Program-made: the position numbers and the translations under genes
Assembly (NCBI GenBank): GCA_963832015.1
Contig: CAWHSR010000003.1
Coordinates: 35,717 to 99,716, forward strand
Reading direction: 5' to 3'
Length of the DNA: 64,000 bases
Source of the DNA: an uncultured Acidobacteriaceae bacterium
Lineage (GTDB): Bacteria; Acidobacteriota; Terriglobia; Terriglobales; Acidobacteriaceae
The notes under the pieces: model-generated
Seen by the model: only the letters and a program-made list of their open reading frames with translations
The model's database searches: none
What the model was told of the DNA's origin: nothing
Shown here: one piece after another, positions 9,854 through 19,160 of the stretch
Layout of the letters: each line of letters opens with the position of its first letter
Numbering within the stretch: the first letter of the stretch is position 1

Positions 9854-10036
9854 CTATCTTCGCAACACCCACATTGCCCAGCCGGCCACGAGCACGCCGC
9901 CGAGAAACATCGCGAAGCAATAAAGCCCGTACTTCACCATTTCGCGCGTGGTCTCGCGATGGGTGATGCCGAATACGATGGAGGCGAACAGGGCAAAGAC
10001 CGCCGCCGCACTGAGATGATTGAGAGTGATGGTCAC
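9854..10036 (-). CDS. small two-TM membrane protein, hypothetical
   Basis: 60-aa ORF with two hydrophobic helices, last in the co-directional string after the M24 peptidase. No family recognised. Confidence 0.35.
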   Translation of the reverse strand: MTITLNHLSAAAVFALFASIVFGITHRETTREMVKYGLYCFAMFLGGVLVAGWAMWVLRR

Positions 10037-10063
10037 TGCGCCGAACTCCGAGTGAAGGCGTTA

Positions 10064-10094
10064 ACTGACAGCTGATTGCTGATCGCTGATACCT
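10064..10094. repeat. lone periodic arm (ctgacag ctgattg ctgatcg ctgatac), same word family as 3576-3607
   Basis: Four tandem 7-mers of the CTGAYNG type. No complementary arm within 100 nt. Confidence 0.35.
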
Positions 10095-10097
10095 GCA

Positions 10098-10514
10098 TTA
10101 TTGTTTCTTTCCGATGGCGATGTGATACGCGTCGGCCACGGCGATGAAGTTCAGGAGTCCCGCGACAATCATGAATTTCGTCCCATAGTCCGCCGTGGCG
10201 AATGCGATCGCGCCCTGGCCCCAGTCTGCGGCCATCGTAACGATGTAAAGCGCTCCAGCCCCTACGTCACCAATAAATCCGAGAATGTCGAGAATGTCGC
10301 CGCCGTTCGCTTTGTAAATGCGTCCCTGCATCGCGAGTCCGAGCACGAACAATGTCACGATCGACACGAACAGTAGCAGGCCGCGAATCCAGCGTTTCTG
10401 GATCATGTGTCCGGCACCGGGAATCAGCCAGCCCAGGGCCGGCGCGAGCACCGACATCATGTTCACTTGTTCCTGCTGAGCCGGCCTTGTTTTGTCCGTA
10501 GTGGAATTTGCCAT
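10098..10514 (-). CDS. membrane protein, hypothetical (3-4 TM)
   Basis: 138-aa ORF. Its start ATG overlaps the peptidase stop by 1 nt (TGATG), implying translational coupling. Confidence 0.5.
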   Translation of the reverse strand: MANSTTDKTRPAQQEQVNMMSVLAPALGWLIPGAGHMIQKRWIRGLLLFVSIVTLFVLGLAMQGRIYKANGGDILDILGFIGDVGAGALYIVTMAADWGQGAIAFATADYGTKFMIVAGLLNFIAVADAYHIAIGKKQ

Positions 10515-11680
10515 CAGATGTTCACAATCTCGCGTTGAATTTTCCCGGTTACTTCGGCGGACTTGGCGCGCACCAGCACGTTCACTTCAGTGCGCACGCC
10601 AAACTCCGGCAGGTAGATGCCGGGCTCGATGGAGAAGCAGGAGTTCGGAAGAATCTGCCGCTCGTCGTGAATTTCCAGATCGTCCATGTTGGCCCCGTTG
10701 GAATGGACGTCGGTGCCGATGGAATGTCCGGTGCGATGAATAAAATAATCGCCGTAGCCCGCCTTCTTGATGTGTCCGCGGGTAGCGCGATCGACTTCCC
10801 ATCCTGCGATGCGGCGTCCACCGTTGATGGCGTCGAGGACGGTCTTCACGCCGGCGTCGCGCGCGTCGCGCACGACCTCGAAAACTTCCTGCATTTTTCC
10901 CGACGGCGCACTGCCCACGAATCCCATCCATGTGATGTCGTAGTAAACCGCATTGGGCGTATTCTTCTTGCCCCAGACATCAAGCAGAAGCAAATCGCCT
11001 TCGCGAATCGGTACCGGATGACTGGCATGCGGCTCGTAGTGCGGGTTGCCGGCGTTGGCATTGACGGCCACGATCGGCGGATCGTCGGCGAGAAGATTCT
11101 CCCGGGCGAAGGCCTCCATGAACCATTGCTGAATTTCGTGTTCCTTGGTGCCGCCGTTGCGCACGCGCTTGCCGACCTCTTGGAAGGCTGCCGCCACAAT
11201 GGAGTCGATGCTGTCGCGCGCGGCGAAGTGCGACTGGATCTGCTCCTCGCTCCAGGTGGCTTCAAACTGCGCCACCAGATCCGCGGAGCTAACCACGTTC
11301 TTGCCTAGGCCGCGCAGGAGATCGATCGTGCCGCCATCGACCAGCGAGATGGTGAACACGCTGTTGTTCGGCGAGTACTGCATCGCCAGATCGCGGTGCT
11401 TGGCGAGAATCGATTTCAGCTGGTCGAACAATTCCTGCCAGCCGGAATACTGATGCTTCTTGCCGGGCAGGGAATCGAGATGTCCGGCTTCAATCTTGTG
11501 GACCAGTTTGACGGGCTCGCCTTCGGCGGGAATCAGGTAAAACCAGCGCCGGGTTACCATCAAGCTCGTGGGCAGGCCAAGCACCCGGTAAGCGATGGGA
11601 TCGCGATGGTGGTGGTCGTAGAAAAGCCACGCGTCAATGTTGCGTTCGCGCAGCGCAGACTGGATGGCGGCAAGGTCCAT
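10514..11680 (-). CDS. M24-family metallopeptidase (Xaa-Pro aminopeptidase-like)
   Basis: Pita-bread fold metal ligand motifs (DITWMGF, HRTGHSIG, SIEPGIY). The ATG at 11680 (MDLAAIQSALRERNIDAW) is preferred. The 119 codons upstream in the ORF are antisense to the neighbouring gene start. Confidence 0.85.
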   Translation of the reverse strand: MDLAAIQSALRERNIDAWLFYDHHHRDPIAYRVLGLPTSLMVTRRWFYLIPAEGEPVKLVHKIEAGHLDSLPGKKHQYSGWQELFDQLKSILAKHRDLAMQYSPNNSVFTISLVDGGTIDLLRGLGKNVVSSADLVAQFEATWSEEQIQSHFAARDSIDSIVAAAFQEVGKRVRNGGTKEHEIQQWFMEAFARENLLADDPPIVAVNANAGNPHYEPHASHPVPIREGDLLLLDVWGKKNTPNAVYYDITWMGFVGSAPSGKMQEVFEVVRDARDAGVKTVLDAINGGRRIAGWEVDRATRGHIKKAGYGDYFIHRTGHSIGTDVHSNGANMDDLEIHDERQILPNSCFSIEPGIYLPEFGVRTEVNVLVRAKSAEVTGKIQREIVNI

Positions 11681-11755
11681 GGGCAAACCTCTATTGTAAA
11701 CAAGAGCAAGGATTTGGGCGAATCCGTCGAACTGGATTTTGATAAACTCCGCCAG

Positions 11756-12947
11756 ATGGCTGCGATAGCCGAATCCGTCCCCATCAAGCCAGCCCAGCGC
11801 GTCCGTATTGAGTCGATCGACGTGGTGCGCGGGGTCATCATGATTCTGATGGCGCTCGACCATACGCGGGATTTCTTCGGCAGCTCCGGCCTGAATCCCA
11901 CGGATCCGGCCACGACGACGATCCCGTTGTTCTTCACTCGCTGGATCACGCATTTCTGCGCGCCCGTTTTCTTCCTGCTGACCGGCACCGGAGCCTATCT
12001 TTCGCTGCGCAAGAAATCGAAGAGCGAGTTGTCGCAATTTCTGTTCACGCGCGGACTGTGGCTCATTTTTTTGGAGTTGGTCGTCTCACGATGCCTGGGA
12101 TGGGAGTTCAACTTCGACTACCACGTGGTCTTCATCATCGTTCTGTGGGCGCTGGGCTGGGCGATGATCGTGCTGTCGGCTGCTGGTGTATCTGCCGACT
12201 CCCGTCGTGGCGGCGTTCGGGATGTTGATGATCGCGACCCACAACCTGTTCGATTCCGTGCAGTCTTCGAATTGGCTGTGGACCATTCTGCACTCGCCCA
12301 ATTTTCTGCTGAACACCCCGACGCACACAGTGTTTGTGGGGTATCCACTCATTCCCTGGATTGGCGTGACCGCTGCCGGCTACGGACTTGGGCAGATTTA
12401 TCGTTGGCCGCCGGAACGGCGCAGGGCATTCTTGCTGCGGCTAGGGCTGGGGCTGAGTGCAGGATTTATCGTCTTGCGCGCGATCAACGTTTATGGCGAT
12501 CCACAGCGCTGGTCAACGCAGAAATCCGCAGCATTTACGGCGCTCTCATTTCTGAACACGACGAAATATCCGCCGTCGCTGCTGTACCTGTTGATGACGC
12601 TTGGTCCGGCAATGCTTTTCCTCTGGGCGGTCGATGCTGGGACGCCCCGCTGGCTGCGGCCCGCGCCGATCATCGGCAAAGTGCCCATGTTTTACTACCT
12701 GCTGCACGTCCCGCTGATTCATCTGATCGCCATCGCGGTGTGCTACGCTCGCTACGGGCAGGTCCATTGGATGTTCGAGTCGCCGACCATGGGTCAGTTC
12801 CCCATCACTCAGCCGCCGGGCTGGGGATACTCGCTGCCGATTGTCTACATGATATGGGCCGTTGTCGTGCTGACACTGTATCCGCTGTGCCGATGGTTTG
12901 CGGGATTGAAGCAGCGCCGCAGTGACGCGTGGCTGAGTTATTTCTGA
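11756..12947 (+). CDS. DUF1624 / heparan-alpha-glucosaminide N-acetyltransferase-like membrane acyltransferase, frame break about 12172-12185
   Basis: N-terminal IESIDVVRGVIMILMALDHTRDFF signature. The protein continues in ORF 12186-12947 (...YLPTPVVAAFGMLMIATHNLFD...). Confidence 0.7.
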
Positions 12948-13002
12948 GTTAGGCGCGGTCAAGTAGACGAGTTGTAATACAAATCCAGCCGCGGAGCGGC
13001 CT

Positions 13003-13086
13003 TTGAAATTAGCCCAGCGCTTCAGCGCTGGGTCGGCGCAACTAAATCAGAATAAGTCCTGGAGGGACGGCACAAGAGAAGCATCG
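13003..13086. repeat. dispersed Acidobacteria-type repeat containing hairpin cccagcgc-ttca-gcgctggg
   Basis: 8-bp perfect stem at 13012-13019 / 13024-13031 with loop ttca, between convergent genes. A related gcggcgc-ttca-gcgccgc hairpin lies at 46602-46619. Confidence 0.5.
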
Positions 13087-13816
13087 CTAAGCAGTCAGGA
13101 CCCGTGCACGCACGGTCTTCGGCAGCGTTTCACACGCCGTTCGCAGCACCAGCCGCGGAGCGCGCCCGCGAATCTTCATCAAATACGGTACCGTGCGGTT
13201 CGGATCGTACTTCGCCGTCTCGCGAAGCAGCCAGCCGAGGCCCTTCTGTACCATGTCATCCCGGTCGGTGAGGAGGAAATTGGAAAGCTTCACAATCTCG
13301 GGGAAGAACATTTTTGACCGCGCGCCGCGAATCATCGCCACACAAGCCGCTCGCCGATGCCAGCGTTTCGGCGACTTCGCCCAACGAAATACATCTTTAC
13401 GCGCGTTCTGGCTTCGCAGCCACCATCGGCGCAATCAGGTAATGCACCAGCCCGTCATGATCGGCCCAACTGCTGATGCGGTCGAGCCACGATGCGAACA
13501 ACTTGAATTCACGATCGCCGAACTGCGCGTCCATCTTCTCGAGCAGAAACACGGCGGCAACTTTTTCTTCGAGCACGCGGCCGGAGAATAGTTTGTCGGC
13601 CACTCTCACTAGGAAATCGAAGTCGTGCTCGCGCAGAATCTCGCGGCGCCATTGCCGCACGGCTCTTCGCAGTGCGGCGGTGTACCAGCCGTGCGATTTG
13701 ATCTCTTCTTTAAAGAACCACTGCACTCCGGCGGCGTGCTCGGCCGAGCCACCGCTCTTCAGCGCGTCACGAATTCGCGCTGCCACTCGGGACGGACTGT
13801 CCTTCGTCTTCGGCAT
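13087..13816 (-). CDS. DNA alkylation repair protein (AlkD-like HEAT-repeat family), frame break about 13400-13406
   Basis: ORF 13397-13816 carries the N-terminal part. ORF 13087-13434 carries RWAKSPKRWHRRAA...DMVQKGLGWLLRE. Restoring one base in the cgcgcg run gives ...AAKPERARKDVFRW. Confidence 0.7.
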
Positions 13817-13832
13817 AGGCGGTTATTCCGAA

Positions 13833-15247
13833 TCACGATTGCGCTGCAGACTCCGCAGCCGCTCCAGCGGTTCTCACAAACCTGTCATACAACCACAGCC
13901 CCGCTGCGGTCGCGAGTCCGATGCCGGTGATCCAGAACCAGATCATCTCCGGTTGGTGCTGGACTTCGCCGAAATGATGCAGCAGGAATCCGCCAAACGG
14001 CCCGCCGATCAGTGATCCAATGCCGATGGGCACGAACGCAAATCCCATATACGTGCCTTGCTGCCCGGGAGGCGCAAGCCGTGAGATGTATTCGTAATAG
14101 CGCGGGGCCTGTATGATTTCGCCCATCGCGAGGAAGAACAGCGAGAAGATCGCGCCCCAGATCGTGGGCCGGAAGGCGAGGATCAACCACGAGAGGGAAG
14201 TGATTACCGTGCCTAGAATAACTGCCGCGAATGCGGGAATCTTGCGCGTCAGGAAATTTACCGCGAGGGTCAGACAGATGACGGTCAATCCATCGACCAC
14301 TAGAATCATCTCGACGTCTGCATGCGCATTGATGTACCCATGAATGAATCCGGGCAGACTGATGTACTGTTGCCAGAAGACGATCCAGTAGCCGGTGAAG
14401 ATCACGAGGAACCACATGAAGCGGCTGATGCCCGCGAGCATCAGACACGAGGAACCCAATCCAGATCCACCATGGGACGGACCACTCCGGCTTCGTCCAA
14501 AGCGCGATGCGCAGGAGCAACGCGACCAGCAGCACGGGCAACACCAGGCGGTAATTTCCCAGCACGATGCAGAAATTCCGCGCGACCGTCGCGATGGAGG
14601 GCGGCGGCGCATCGCCGGCCTTCCGCGGCTCCCGGAAAAACAACAAAACCACAAAAAACATGGCGAACACGCTGAGAGCGGCCACCCGGTACACGTTCTC
14701 AACGCCCAGATGGCGATGTGCCCACGACGCAAAATAAGGCCCGGCAGCGCCGCCGATGTTCACCATTGTGTAGTAAATCGAATACCCGATGGAGCGAACA
14801 TTTTCTTTCGAAGCGCGAGCTGTGGTGCCGACCACGCATGGCTTGACCAGCGACACGCCGAGCGCCGGAAGGATCAGGATAAAGCCAACAAACAGCCCCA
14901 AGCGGCACCACGTTGCGGACGGGCGCCAGCCATGAAGCGCCAATCGAACCGATCAGAAAATACGAAGCGCCAAGAATGAGATACGCCACCGAAAGAGCGC
15001 GGCGGAATCCCAGTCGATCGGCAGCGGCTCCGCCGAAGATCGCGAGAAACCACACCATTCCGCCGAAGATGCCAGTCAGCGTGCCGGTCTGCTCGGTCGA
15101 GAAATTCAGCTTCTCCTGCAGATACAAGGCCAGGGACGCGAATGCCCCGTAGTAGGCCAGTCGCTCGAAAATCTCGGTGATATTGGCGATCCAGAAGGGA
15201 CGTTCGAATCCGGTGCGGATTTCTTCGAAGCGTTGCGAGAAGGACAA
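13833..15247 (-). CDS. POT/PTR2-family peptide:proton symporter (MFS), two frame breaks (about 14445 and the CCCC run 14896-14899)
   Basis: N-terminal FERLAYYG PTR2 signature. Three ORF pieces (14699-15247, 13885-14943, 13833-14732) join into one 12-14 TM protein. Confidence 0.8.
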
Positions 15248-15369
15248 AGTGGCTCCTAAAGGTTATGTGTCATCGGCGTTCGTCGCAGTCAGACAGAAGT
15301 CCTGCCACGCATTCTCGCTGTACACAGCGCGCGCAAGCTGCGGTCGCGACAGCCGGCGAGACGCCGGTG

Positions 15370-15657
15370 CTACGATCCAATTCGGTTGCGCAACTCGGCG
15401 GCGGAAATGCCCGCCACGCGTATCACTTTATTCCGGCTGGTATGGCCGGAGGCAATGGTAACGGAAGAGCGCGGCACCTTCAAAAGTTTCGCGAAGAATT
15501 CGATGCACGCCTCGTTGGCCCGGCCTTCGACGGGAGGCGTGGTCAGTGAGACTTTCAGCGCGTCGCCCAATTCGCCGGTGATGGCGTTCTTCTTCGCGCG
15601 GGGATGAACCCTGACCGCGAAGGATGCGCCATTGGCCACGTCTTGGAGGGGAATCAT
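15370..15657 (-). CDS. DUF167 (YggU) family protein
   Basis: 95-aa ORF with VRVHPRAKKNAI...L.V.LTTPPVEGRANEA, typical of DUF167. Confidence 0.8.
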   Translation of the reverse strand: MIPLQDVANGASFAVRVHPRAKKNAITGELGDALKVSLTTPPVEGRANEACIEFFAKLLKVPRSSVTIASGHTSRNKVIRVAGISAAELRNRIGS

Positions 15658-15667
15658 GGGCCGTGCC

Positions 15668-15805
15668 TCAATGCCCGGCCTTCCACATGGATATCAAAAA
15701 AAGAGTCAAGACGAGGCCGATACCAATAGCAACATAGGCAAGAAAATCACGAAGCCGATTCTGGCCTCGTGCGGTCGATGCAGCCCCAAAAGCTTGGCTG
15801 GTCAT
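15668..15805 (-). CDS. possible 45-aa single-TM peptide, translationally coupled
   Basis: The ATG overlaps the TGA of the upstream ORF (TGATG). C-terminal hydrophobic helix FLAYVAIGIGLVLTLFLI. No homology recognised. Confidence 0.3.
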   Translation of the reverse strand: MTSQAFGAASTARGQNRLRDFLAYVAIGIGLVLTLFLISMWKAGH

Positions 15806-16113
15806 CACCGGATGTAATGATCTTCTTTCCGCAGTGCCTGGAGCGCGTCTTTCCATGGCTGTTCTCGACTTGGTGATGCGTTCCGGTCGCGATCGCAAGC
15901 GCTCTTTAATAAATTCGCAATCTTTGATTCGTGTTCGTTTGAGTCGAAAGTGCGCTCGAACTCCGCGTTGACCTCGTAGATGTCGGGGAGCGACGGGCCG
16001 ACCTCAGTGAAGTACAGCATCTTCCTCTCGACATCCGAGAGAGATACATGTTCATGATCAGATTCTTCAAGCACCTTCGATATTAGAAACTGTTTTGCGG
16101 CGGTTGAATCCAT
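15805..16113 (-). CDS. hypothetical acidic soluble protein (102 aa)
   Basis: Clean ORF between yggS and the DUF167 gene. No family recognised. Confidence 0.5.
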   Translation of the reverse strand: MDSTAAKQFLISKVLEESDHEHVSLSDVERKMLYFTEVGPSLPDIYEVNAEFERTFDSNEHESKIANLLKSACDRDRNASPSREQPWKDALQALRKEDHYIR

Positions 16114-16140
16114 GGTGCCCTTTCTGCGGCTCCTCCGGGC

Positions 16141-16845
16141 TCAAGCTCTTGGTCTTTCCCCGAAAATTGCGCTCCCGACGCGAACGCAAGTCGATCCTTC
16201 CTCGATCGCCACTTGGAAATCATGGGACATACCCATAGAAAGCACGTGCATCGCCACTGCGGGAAGTTTGCGAACTGCGATCGCGTCGCGCAATTCCCGC
16301 AGCCTGCGGAAGTACGGCCGCGCGCCTTCGGGATCGTCAGTGAACGGAGGCACCGTCATCAGTCCTCGGAACTCGAGTGCCTCGAACCGCCGGGCGGCCA
16401 ATAGCAGATCCTCCAGATCCGGCGAATCCGGTGCCACGCCGCTTTTTGCGGCCTCGCCGCCGACGTTGATCTCGATCAGCACGGCAAACTTCTTGCCGAG
16501 GTTTCGCGCCGCAGCATCAAGTTTTTCGGCAAGCTTTACGGAATCGACCGAGTCGACTCCGCTAAACAGTTCCGCAGCTTTGGCTGCTTTGTTGGTTTGC
16601 AGGTGCCCGATCATATGCCACTCGGCTCCGGCCAGATCCGCGAGTGCCGCGGCTTTCCCGGCAAACTCCTGCACGCGATTTTCGCCGAACAGGCGCAGTC
16701 CGGCGGCATGGGCTTCGCGAATGCGTTCTGGCGGATGTGTCTTGCTCACCGCCATCAGCGCAATTTCTTCGGGACGCCGCCCCGCGCGCTGCGCGGCTTC
16801 CGCGATTCGTTCTTGAAGGTCCGCTATGTTCTCCGGAATCGCCAT
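16141..16845 (-). CDS. yggS: YggS-family pyridoxal-phosphate homeostasis protein
   Basis: 234 aa with the MAVSKTHP PLP-lysine region, GENRVQE and HMIGHLQTNKA motifs. Confidence 0.85.
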   Translation of the reverse strand: MAIPENIADLQERIAEAAQRAGRRPEEIALMAVSKTHPPERIREAHAAGLRLFGENRVQEFAGKAAALADLAGAEWHMIGHLQTNKAAKAAELFSGVDSVDSVKLAEKLDAAARNLGKKFAVLIEINVGGEAAKSGVAPDSPDLEDLLLAARRFEALEFRGLMTVPPFTDDPEGARPYFRRLRELRDAIAVRKLPAVAMHVLSMGMSHDFQVAIEEGSTCVRVGSAIFGERPRA

Positions 16846-16948
16846 CAGGCACGGAACAGGTCACGAGTATGAAGCCGCACCAGCCCAGAGGCCATCGAGA
16901 CACGAAGCGCCCGCGCCATGAAAGCGCGCTTTCCCGAATGGCTCTCGC

Positions 16949-19024
16949 TCACATCATCGCCGTAGGCGGCGCGGGTTCGTTCGGGTCGCCTGCGCTGGTA
17001 AGAGGGAGAATGATCATCAACGCAGCCAGCAGAGTCATCACGATAATTCCTCCGACGTACAGCGGATGATCGAAAATCTGAGCTGCCTTGATTCTGCCAG
17101 CCCAGGCTGAGGCTGTGCGCAACCATGGCTGCTGGGCGTACGACAGTGCAATGACACCCGCCCACATCAGCCCACATAGGGCTTCGCCGGCGATCAGACC
17201 CGACGCCGTCAATACCCCGGCATTTTCCGCTCGTGCGTGTTGCGCAGCATTTAAGCCGCGCCGCTTTGCCATCCAATCCCCGATTGCGCGGAAGACTCCG
17301 CCTAGGAAAATGGCGAACGTCGTTTCAAAGGGCAGATACATTCCCACCGCTACGAGCATGGGACTCTTCACCTGCATCATGATCAGCGCGATTCCAAAAC
17401 AAACACCGACGACCACTAGAGGCCACGGCATATCGCCGCCCACGATGCCGATTGCGAGAGTGGCCATCAGTCCCGCTTGAGGCGCTGAGAGTTCCCGGCT
17501 CCCAAAACCGAAGGCTGTGTGTAACAGGTAAAGAGGCCAATACATTACCAAACTCGCCACTACAACGGCGATTAATTCCGCGGTCTGAATCTTGCTGGGA
17601 GTGCCGCCGAGAATGTAGCCGACTTTGAAATCCTGTAGCAATTCGCCTGCGACTGCCGCAGACACACAAACCACCGCAGCGACTCCAAGAACTGTGGCCA
17701 CGCCGGAAATTCCGTGAACGCCCAGCGCCACCATCAGGAGAGCTGCAACAATCAGGGTCGAGAGCGTCAGGCCGGAGATAGGGTTATTAGAGGACCCGAT
17801 AAATCCGACCAGGTTTCCCGAAACCGTTGCGAAGATAAATCCCACAATCAGCATCACCACCGCCGCAAATATTGCCGGCCAAAGCAGTCCAGAGATGTGG
17901 ACATAAAGGAAGCACATCAGCACAAACATGACCGCGATCAGCCCGAACACAATCTTCGAACTCATGTAGCGCTCGGTGCGCGAGAGCTTGGCTTGCTGAT
18001 CCGCCGTCTGGCGAAGATCGGAGAATGCCTTCCCGAGTCCCGCCGTAAGGCTGGCGCGCATGTTGTAGAGCGTGTAAGCAGCGCCCACCAACATGCCGCC
18101 TACGGCGATGGGGCGCACGATAAATCGCCACACTGCAGCCGCCATGGTTGCCCAATCGTCGGGCGTATCGGCGGGAATATACTGCTTGAGTTGCGGGCCG
18201 AGAAAGTACATGAATAGCGGCACCATCACACCCCATGCCAGTACGCCACCGGAGAACTGGAGCGCGGCCAGCCTCAGCCCGATGATGTAGCCCACGCCTA
18301 AGTACGCAGGACTCACGCTCGGAGCGGCGACCATACTCGCCCCGCCGGCCGCGATTACATTCGTACTGCCAACCGAACCCAGTCGCACCTGGCTGCGGCC
18401 CAGGCTGCCAACTCCAAAGTGCAAGTCCTTGTCGGCGGCAAATAAACCAAAACGTCCCAGCAAATAAACGAAGCCACCTATACCGATATTCCAGAAAAGA
18501 TATTTTGCGGCCTGCGCGCCGCGCTGTCCGGCTTTGTGAATCTCCGACGCTGCCAGCGACTCCGGAAAGGGCAGCTCAGGATCTTCCACCATGCCCCGTC
18601 GCACCAGCGAGATGAACAACACGCCGAGAATGCTCCCCACCATGATGAGTGCCGTTGATTTCCAATACGCGACGCCCGGCTCAAAGGAAGGCCACGCCTT
18701 GGCAATCAGGAACGCAGGAATCGTGAAAATCGCTCCCGCGGCTACCGACTCTCCGATGGAACCCGCAGTTCGGGCAATATTTTCTTCCAGCAGGGATCCC
18801 TTCCACGCGCGCATGGCTGCCATCGCGATGACGGCCGCTGGATACGTGGCGGCGATCGTGATGCCAGCTCGCAGGCCGAGGTAGGCGTTGGCGGCTCCCA
18901 GCACGATCGTCAACAAGAGTCCAAGCAGGACGGCCCGCAACGTGAACTCTTTCATCTCCATGGTTTCGGGCACATAGGGAACGTGCTTCTTCTTGCCGGG
19001 CACGTCGGGCGCTGGACTGCTCAT
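16949..19024 (-). CDS. OPT-family oligopeptide transporter
   Basis: 691-aa polytopic protein with an N-terminal KEFTLRAVLLGLLLTIVLGAANAYLGLRAGITIAATYPAAV signature typical of bacterial OPT proteins. Confidence 0.85.
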   Translation of the reverse strand: MSSPAPDVPGKKKHVPYVPETMEMKEFTLRAVLLGLLLTIVLGAANAYLGLRAGITIAATYPAAVIAMAAMRAWKGSLLEENIARTAGSIGESVAAGAIFTIPAFLIAKAWPSFEPGVAYWKSTALIMVGSILGVLFISLVRRGMVEDPELPFPESLAASEIHKAGQRGAQAAKYLFWNIGIGGFVYLLGRFGLFAADKDLHFGVGSLGRSQVRLGSVGSTNVIAAGGASMVAAPSVSPAYLGVGYIIGLRLAALQFSGGVLAWGVMVPLFMYFLGPQLKQYIPADTPDDWATMAAAVWRFIVRPIAVGGMLVGAAYTLYNMRASLTAGLGKAFSDLRQTADQQAKLSRTERYMSSKIVFGLIAVMFVLMCFLYVHISGLLWPAIFAAVVMLIVGFIFATVSGNLVGFIGSSNNPISGLTLSTLIVAALLMVALGVHGISGVATVLGVAAVVCVSAAVAGELLQDFKVGYILGGTPSKIQTAELIAVVVASLVMYWPLYLLHTAFGFGSRELSAPQAGLMATLAIGIVGGDMPWPLVVVGVCFGIALIMMQVKSPMLVAVGMYLPFETTFAIFLGGVFRAIGDWMAKRRGLNAAQHARAENAGVLTASGLIAGEALCGLMWAGVIALSYAQQPWLRTASAWAGRIKAAQIFDHPLYVGGIIVMTLLAALMIILPLTSAGDPNEPAPPTAMM

Positions 19025-19160
19025 AGATGGGATCCTTGTAGAGCGTGGAATGAAACGTCATCGACTGCCTTGTCTGCTCAGCATGACACAACAATGACAC
19101 AAAACAATGGAACGGCGCACCTTAGCACGCTCCCAGCCTGCAAGACAAGTGTGCGTATCG

